Shown piece by piece: positions 59,536 through 64,000 of a stretch of 64,000 nucleotides of DNA. The notes under the pieces are model-generated. The model made no database searches, was not told the origin of the DNA, and saw nothing but the letters and a program-made list of their open reading frames with translations. The stretch is from positions 116,400 through 180,399 of the forward strand of contig JBCBMU010000001.1 of assembly GCA_039822145.1 (NCBI GenBank), written 5' to 3'. The number at the start of each line of letters is the position of its first letter. Within the stretch, counting starts at the first letter, position 1. Both the position numbers and the translations under genes were made by a program. The DNA is from Pseudomonadota bacterium. Lineage in GTDB: Bacteria; Pseudomonadota; Alphaproteobacteria; Caulobacterales; Hyphomonadaceae.

Positions 59536-59873
59536 GCAAACGGGCTTTCTTGTTCGGCATTGCCGTCGTCGCCTTGCTTATCTTTAGCCTTTACCGGGCC
59601 AAATATGGGGCGCGCGAAACCGTCGCCGAGATTGCTGAAATTGAGCAGCAAATCGCCCAAGCCGAAGCAGCACAGGCCGATTTGCAAGCCGAGTTTGCGC
59701 ACCGGTCGCGGCAAGAATGGATTGAAGAATTTGCCCGTCGGGAACTCGGTATGGTGCCCGCCCGGGCTGAGCAATTTGTCCGCACCGTCGATCTTGATGG
59801 CCGGATCGGGCCGCCGATTGAGCTGCCGGACACGGATACGCCTGTCGACCGGGGAGGCGCCAATGGCGAGTGA
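59532..59873 (+). CDS. ftsL: Cell division protein FtsL-like
   Basis: TM plus coiled coil; position between rsmH and ftsI. Confidence 0.8.
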   Translation: MSKRAFLFGIAVVALLIFSLYRAKYGARETVAEIAEIEQQIAQAEAAQADLQAEFAHRSRQEWIEEFARRELGMVPARAEQFVRTVDLDGRIGPPIELPDTDTPVDRGGANGE

Positions 59874-61521
59874 CCGGAACGCAGAAATCAATCTCGGCGG
59901 TAGCGGCATGCGCACCCGGATCGTGTCCATGGGCTTGCTGCTCGTTTTTGGCGTGATCGCGGCCAAGGGCTTAAGTGTGGCAACCAGCGGGTCTGAGGAT
60001 TCAGCTTTACGTCTGGCCAGTTTCGAGGCGCCAGAGCGCCGCGCCGATATTGTCGACCGCAATGGCGATCTGCTGGCCACTTCAGTAACTGCATATTCGG
60101 TCTTTGCTGATCCGCGCGCCATCGGTGATCCCCGCCTCATCGCTGAGGCGCTGGCGACGGCGCTGCCCGATCTAAATATTGAGACGATTACGACGCGTCT
60201 GTCGAACAATGAGCGCGCCTTTGCCTGGATCGAGCGCGGAATCACGCCGCGCCAACGCCAAGCCGTGTTTGACTTGGGCTTAGAGGGTATCGGCTTTCGT
60301 GAGGAGTCGCGCCGGGCCTATCCGCGCAGGACATTGGCCGGCCATTTGCTCGGCTTTGCGGGCGCTGATGGGCAAGGCCTGGGCGGCATAGAATTCGCCA
60401 TGGATGATCGGCTCACCGGCGACGAAAGCCCGCTTTATCTAACCATTGATGCGAATGTGCAGTTCAGCCTTGAGGCCGAATTGGCCGCTGCGGTCGGCGC
60501 CTATGAAGCCGATGCCGGCGCCGGCGTCATTATGGCGGCGCAAACCGGTGAAGTGCTCGGCATGGCGAGTTGGCCGCCGCTTGATCCGCACCGCGCGACG
60601 GAGCTCGCCCAAGACGATCCAGCCCGTCTCGATCGCGCCAGCGGCGCCGTCTATGAGCTTGGATCCGTGTTTAAGCCGCTGACCGTCGCCGGAGCGCTCG
60701 ACGCCGGCGCTATTCGCATGAATGACCGGTTCGATGTTCGCGAGCCGCTACAGATTCGCGGCCGTAAGATTGAAGATGATCATCCAATCGATGGGCGGCC
60801 TACGCCGACCGAAATCATTGCTGACAGCTCAAATATCGGGACGGTCAAAATTGCTTGGCAAATGGGCTCTCGGCGCCAGCAAGAATTCTTGGCCTCTCTT
60901 GGCCTTTTCTCGCGCTCGCCAGTTGAGCTGGCCGGCAGCGCTCGCCCGATTCTGCCTGAACAGTTCGATGAATTGCACAGCGCCACGGCGAGTTATGGGC
61001 ATGGCATAGCGGTTTCGCCGATTGCCTTTGCCGGCGCTTTTGCATCGCTTGCCAATGCTGGTGAAACAGTGGCCCCGACATTGCTCATGGCGCCAGAGCG
61101 CAAACGTCATCCGAAGCGGGTGATGGCGGCGCCAACCGCGAGTCTTGTCGTCAGGATGCTGCGCGAAGCGGTCGACAATGGCACCGGCACGCGGGCGGCC
61201 GTTGGCGGGTACCGTGTGGCCGGGAAGACCGGAACCGCCGAAAAACCTATTCCCGGCGGCTATTCTGCAACCGAGAACATTTGCAGCTTTGCCGCGATAT
61301 TCCCCGCTGACAGCCCTGAATATGTCGTATTGATCGTGCTGGATTCTCCTAAGGCCGGAGAGGCCCGCGGTCGAACCGCAGCGTGGAATGCTGCGCCCAC
61401 GGCTGGACGTGTGATTGAACGGATTGCCCCGATCCTTGGGGTCGAGCCGAGATTTGATGAGCCCGTCCCGTCATCGCCGCGTGTCCGCTCCGTCGCAGAC
61501 AGGAGAGGCACAACGCTATGA
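59863..61521 (+). CDS. ftsI: Penicillin-binding protein 3
   Basis: RADIVDRNG, ELGSVFK (SxxK), SSN, GKTGT. Confidence 0.95.
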   Translation: MASDRNAEINLGGSGMRTRIVSMGLLLVFGVIAAKGLSVATSGSEDSALRLASFEAPERRADIVDRNGDLLATSVTAYSVFADPRAIGDPRLIAEALATALPDLNIETITTRLSNNERAFAWIERGITPRQRQAVFDLGLEGIGFREESRRAYPRRTLAGHLLGFAGADGQGLGGIEFAMDDRLTGDESPLYLTIDANVQFSLEAELAAAVGAYEADAGAGVIMAAQTGEVLGMASWPPLDPHRATELAQDDPARLDRASGAVYELGSVFKPLTVAGALDAGAIRMNDRFDVREPLQIRGRKIEDDHPIDGRPTPTEIIADSSNIGTVKIAWQMGSRRQQEFLASLGLFSRSPVELAGSARPILPEQFDELHSATASYGHGIAVSPIAFAGAFASLANAGETVAPTLLMAPERKRHPKRVMAAPTASLVVRMLREAVDNGTGTRAAVGGYRVAGKTGTAEKPIPGGYSATENICSFAAIFPADSPEYVVLIVLDSPKAGEARGRTAAWNAAPTAGRVIERIAPILGVEPRFDEPVPSSPRVRSVADRRGTTL

Positions 61522-62963
61522 TATTAAGAGAGCTATTTCCCGACTATCAGGGACCTGGTGCAGATCTAGAGGTGACCGGGATGACCGCCGATAGCCGGCG
61601 CGTGCAGCCTGGTTATGTCTTTGCCGCGCTGCAGGGTGTCGCCGCTGACGGCCGGGCCTTCATTCCCGGGGCTTTAGAGGCCGGCGCGATTGCCGTGCTT
61701 GGCGAGAATTTGCCGGATATAGACGGCGGCGCAATGCTCGAAGTGGACAATGCGCGGCTCGCATTGGCGCAAGCAGCTGCGCGTTTTTATCCGCAGCAGC
61801 CGGAGACCTTCGTCGCGATTACCGGCACCAATGGCAAAAGCTCTACTGTCGATTTTTTGCGTCAAATCTGGGACAGCGCAGCGATCCCGGCGGCGAGCCT
61901 GGGAACGCTCGGCGCGATTGGTCCGAGCGGCAGCATAGATTTAGGGCATACAACGCCGGATCCGGTGGCGATCCATGCCACGCTGCAGCAGCTGGCGCGT
62001 GAAGGCGTCACCCACGCCGCGATGGAAGCCTCTTCGCATGGCCTGGCGCAATATCGCCTGGACGGGGTAACCCTGTCAGCGGTGGCGTTCACCAATCTGA
62101 CCCAAGATCACCTCGACTATCACAATACGATGGATGAGTATCGCCAGGCCAAGTTGCGCCTGTTCAGCGAGCTCGCGCCGGCGGGCTGTCCGGCCGTGGT
62201 CAATGCCGATAGTGACCAACGCTTATTCTTTGAGACCGCCGCGCAAGAGGCAGGTCTGTCGCTGATCTCGGTTGGCTGGCGCGGCGCTGATTTGAAAATT
62301 GAAGAGCTGATGCCGAAAGCCACGGGGCAGCGCTTATTTCTCGACTGGCGCGGCGAGAAAGCGGCGATTGATTTGCCGCTGATTGGTGAGTTTCAAGCCT
62401 TGAATGCGCTGACAGCGGCGGGCTTGGCGCTGGCAACGGGGCTCGAATTGCAGGCGGTTGCGACCGGAATGTCGAAATTGCGGCCGGTCAAAGGCCGGCT
62501 TGAATATGTCGGTGAAACCGCAGATGGCGCGGGTGTTTTTGTTGATTATGCCCATACACCGGCGGGCCTGGATGTGTTGATCCGGGCGGCGCGGCCTCAT
62601 ACGGCAGGGGAGCTCGTTATCGTCTTTGGGTGCGGTGGTGATCGTGATCGCGGCAAGCGTCCGCAAATGGGCGAAATCGCCGCGAAACATGCCGACCGCG
62701 TGATTGTCACTGATGACAATCCGCGCAGCGAAGACCCCGCCGCCATCCGCCAAGATGTCCTCGCTGGCGCGCCGGGCGCGGTGGAAATTGGCGACCGCGG
62801 AACCGCGATTTCAGAAGCCATTAAAAGCCTTAAAAAGGGCGACACATTGCTGATTGCGGGCAAGGGTCATGAAACCGGGCAAATTATCGGTGACCGAATT
62901 CTTCCGTTCTCGGATCAAGACGCGGCCCTTGCCGCCCTGAAAGCGGAGGCGGAAATTGCATAG
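61518..62963 (+). CDS. murE: UDP-MurNAc-tripeptide synthetase (meso-DAP type)
   Basis: GTNGKSS, MEASSHG, DYAHTP, FGCGGDRD, DNPR. Confidence 0.97.
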   Translation: MILRELFPDYQGPGADLEVTGMTADSRRVQPGYVFAALQGVAADGRAFIPGALEAGAIAVLGENLPDIDGGAMLEVDNARLALAQAAARFYPQQPETFVAITGTNGKSSTVDFLRQIWDSAAIPAASLGTLGAIGPSGSIDLGHTTPDPVAIHATLQQLAREGVTHAAMEASSHGLAQYRLDGVTLSAVAFTNLTQDHLDYHNTMDEYRQAKLRLFSELAPAGCPAVVNADSDQRLFFETAAQEAGLSLISVGWRGADLKIEELMPKATGQRLFLDWRGEKAAIDLPLIGEFQALNALTAAGLALATGLELQAVATGMSKLRPVKGRLEYVGETADGAGVFVDYAHTPAGLDVLIRAARPHTAGELVIVFGCGGDRDRGKRPQMGEIAAKHADRVIVTDDNPRSEDPAAIRQDVLAGAPGAVEIGDRGTAISEAIKSLKKGDTLLIAGKGHETGQIIGDRILPFSDQDAALAALKAEAEIA

Positions 62964-63382
62964 TCTCCCTGTCTCAAAATTGCCTCTTATTTGGGCCCAA
63001 GCTAAAAAAAGAATTTCTTCCACAGAAAACTCTAGGTTGAATCGCGAAGTGTGGGGTCGACGCCCTGTGCCGGCACGCATCAGCGTCGTGGATTCAGTGG
63101 AAAATTGTTTATCGCCAGAGTCTTGCTGTGATCCGCTTGCGGATGAATTGGATCTCGCCTCGGCCACCGCGAAAGCGGAACGAATAGAGTCCGTTCTGAA
63201 GGTCAATCCCCTGGCTCAGAATTCTTACCAAAATGAAAAGCGAATTGGCGCTTTCGCAGGCTTGTTAAAAGGCGCGAATACCTCCGAAATACACGTATTC
63301 ACTGATCGACAGCACTCAAAGATCGCTGCGGCAGGGAATGTGGTGATGGATCGCGGCGCAGAATGTGCTGCAGGGGGTTGTG

Positions 63383-64000
63383 ATGCTGTTTGAGCTTCTG
63401 GCGAACAATGAAGGGCCTTTGCGCCTTTTCAACTATCTAACATTCCGGACCGGCTTGGCGCTGGTCACGTCCTTCCTGGTGACCGTGATTCTGGGCGGTT
63501 GGATGATTGACATGTTGCGGGCGAGACAAGGCAAAGGTCAGCCCATTCGCGACCTTTCTCTCGAAGCGCAAATGGCCAAGCAAGGCACGCCAACAATGGG
63601 CGGCTTCCTGATTTGGATGGGCTTGCTGCTCGGTACGATCCTTTTCGCTGATTTGCGCAATCCGTACATTTGGGTCGTGCTCGCCGTCTCGCTGTCTTAC
63701 GCCTTTCTCGGCTTTTTGGATGATTATGCAAAAGTCACCAAGCAAAGCACGGACGGGGTTTCGGCGCGCCTGCGGCTCGGCACGGAATTTCTGGTCGCTG
63801 CCGCTGCTGGTGCCTTCATTATGGGCCTGCACGGGGCGCATACGCCGCTTGGACATGCCGACTGGGGCGTCCTTAACCCGTTGGCAGAGTGGATTGCCGC
63901 TCTCGCGCCAGAAACCTCAGTTGAGCGCAATGAGGCGTCTTTCTCTGGCGGCGTCGCCATCCCGTTTGTGAATGATTATTTTCTGCCGCTCGGCGGGTTC
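63383..64000 (+). CDS. mraY: Phospho-MurNAc-pentapeptide transferase, 3'-partial (absent from ORF track because it runs off the edge)
   Basis: Hand translation [24 protein letters not shown]...KQGTPTMGG...GFLDDYAK; AGGGGG RBS. Confidence 0.93.
   Translation, partial: MLFELLANNEGPLRLFNYLTFRTGLALVTSFLVTVILGGWMIDMLRARQGKGQPIRDLSLEAQMAKQGTPTMGGFLIWMGLLLGTILFADLRNPYIWVVLAVSLSYAFLGFLDDYAKVTKQSTDGVSARLRLGTEFLVAAAAGAFIMGLHGAHTPLGHADWGVLNPLAEWIAALAPETSVERNEASFSGGVAIPFVNDYFLPLGGF

Noticed and set aside
59322-60245. 307-aa minus-strand ORF
   Set aside because: Shadow of rsmH-ftsL-ftsI.
62956-63393. 145-aa ORF spanning the murE-mraY gap as a murF remnant
   Set aside because: TTG start inside murE, no RBS, no Mur ligase motifs, atypical composition. 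Not called, though translation is not excluded.
1-64000. CRISPR arrays, tRNA/rRNA, IS elements, prophage, riboswitches
   Set aside because: No spaced repeats, RNA gene signatures, transposase or integrase motifs, or SAM/cobalamin riboswitch cores were recognised by eye; a covariance-model search would be decisive.

Overview
Core-chromosome segment of a GC-rich alphaproteobacterium. A GapR-type nucleoid protein, alpha-type LexA box, split MetH and many small lipoproteins suggest Caulobacterales/Hyphomonadaceae (inference). In order: a TIR-like membrane protein cut by the left edge, pth-rplY, a BlaI / M56-M23 / M23 module, prs, mtnP, petABC, hemF-tspO, cca-Nudix-DUF1285, a MoxR-DUF58 operon, mlaC-mlaA, a sahR-metF-split metH operon interrupted by accessory genes, katG, egtBD, yccA, mmcB, msrB, gapR, rlmH-rsfS-nadD-proA, trkH and the start of the dcw cluster (mraZ to mraY, no murF, cut by the right edge). 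I saw no rRNA, tRNA, CRISPR array or transposase. Best candidates for undescribed biology: (1) a perfectly RBS-flanked antisense ORF bridging an inverted 2OG-oxygenase gene inside the met operon; (2) the BlaI-controlled M56-M23 sensor-endopeptidase module; (3) an unknown protein with a beta-clamp motif behind SOS-boxed mmcB; (4) a five-unit 11-bp-phased operator array between msrB and gapR; (5) a non-canonical cytochrome b Qo site; (6) a murF-less dcw cluster with a hairpin-rich gap; (7) a His/Gly-rich secreted protein behind a sigma54 promoter. All family assignments come from motif recognition by eye; no searches were run.
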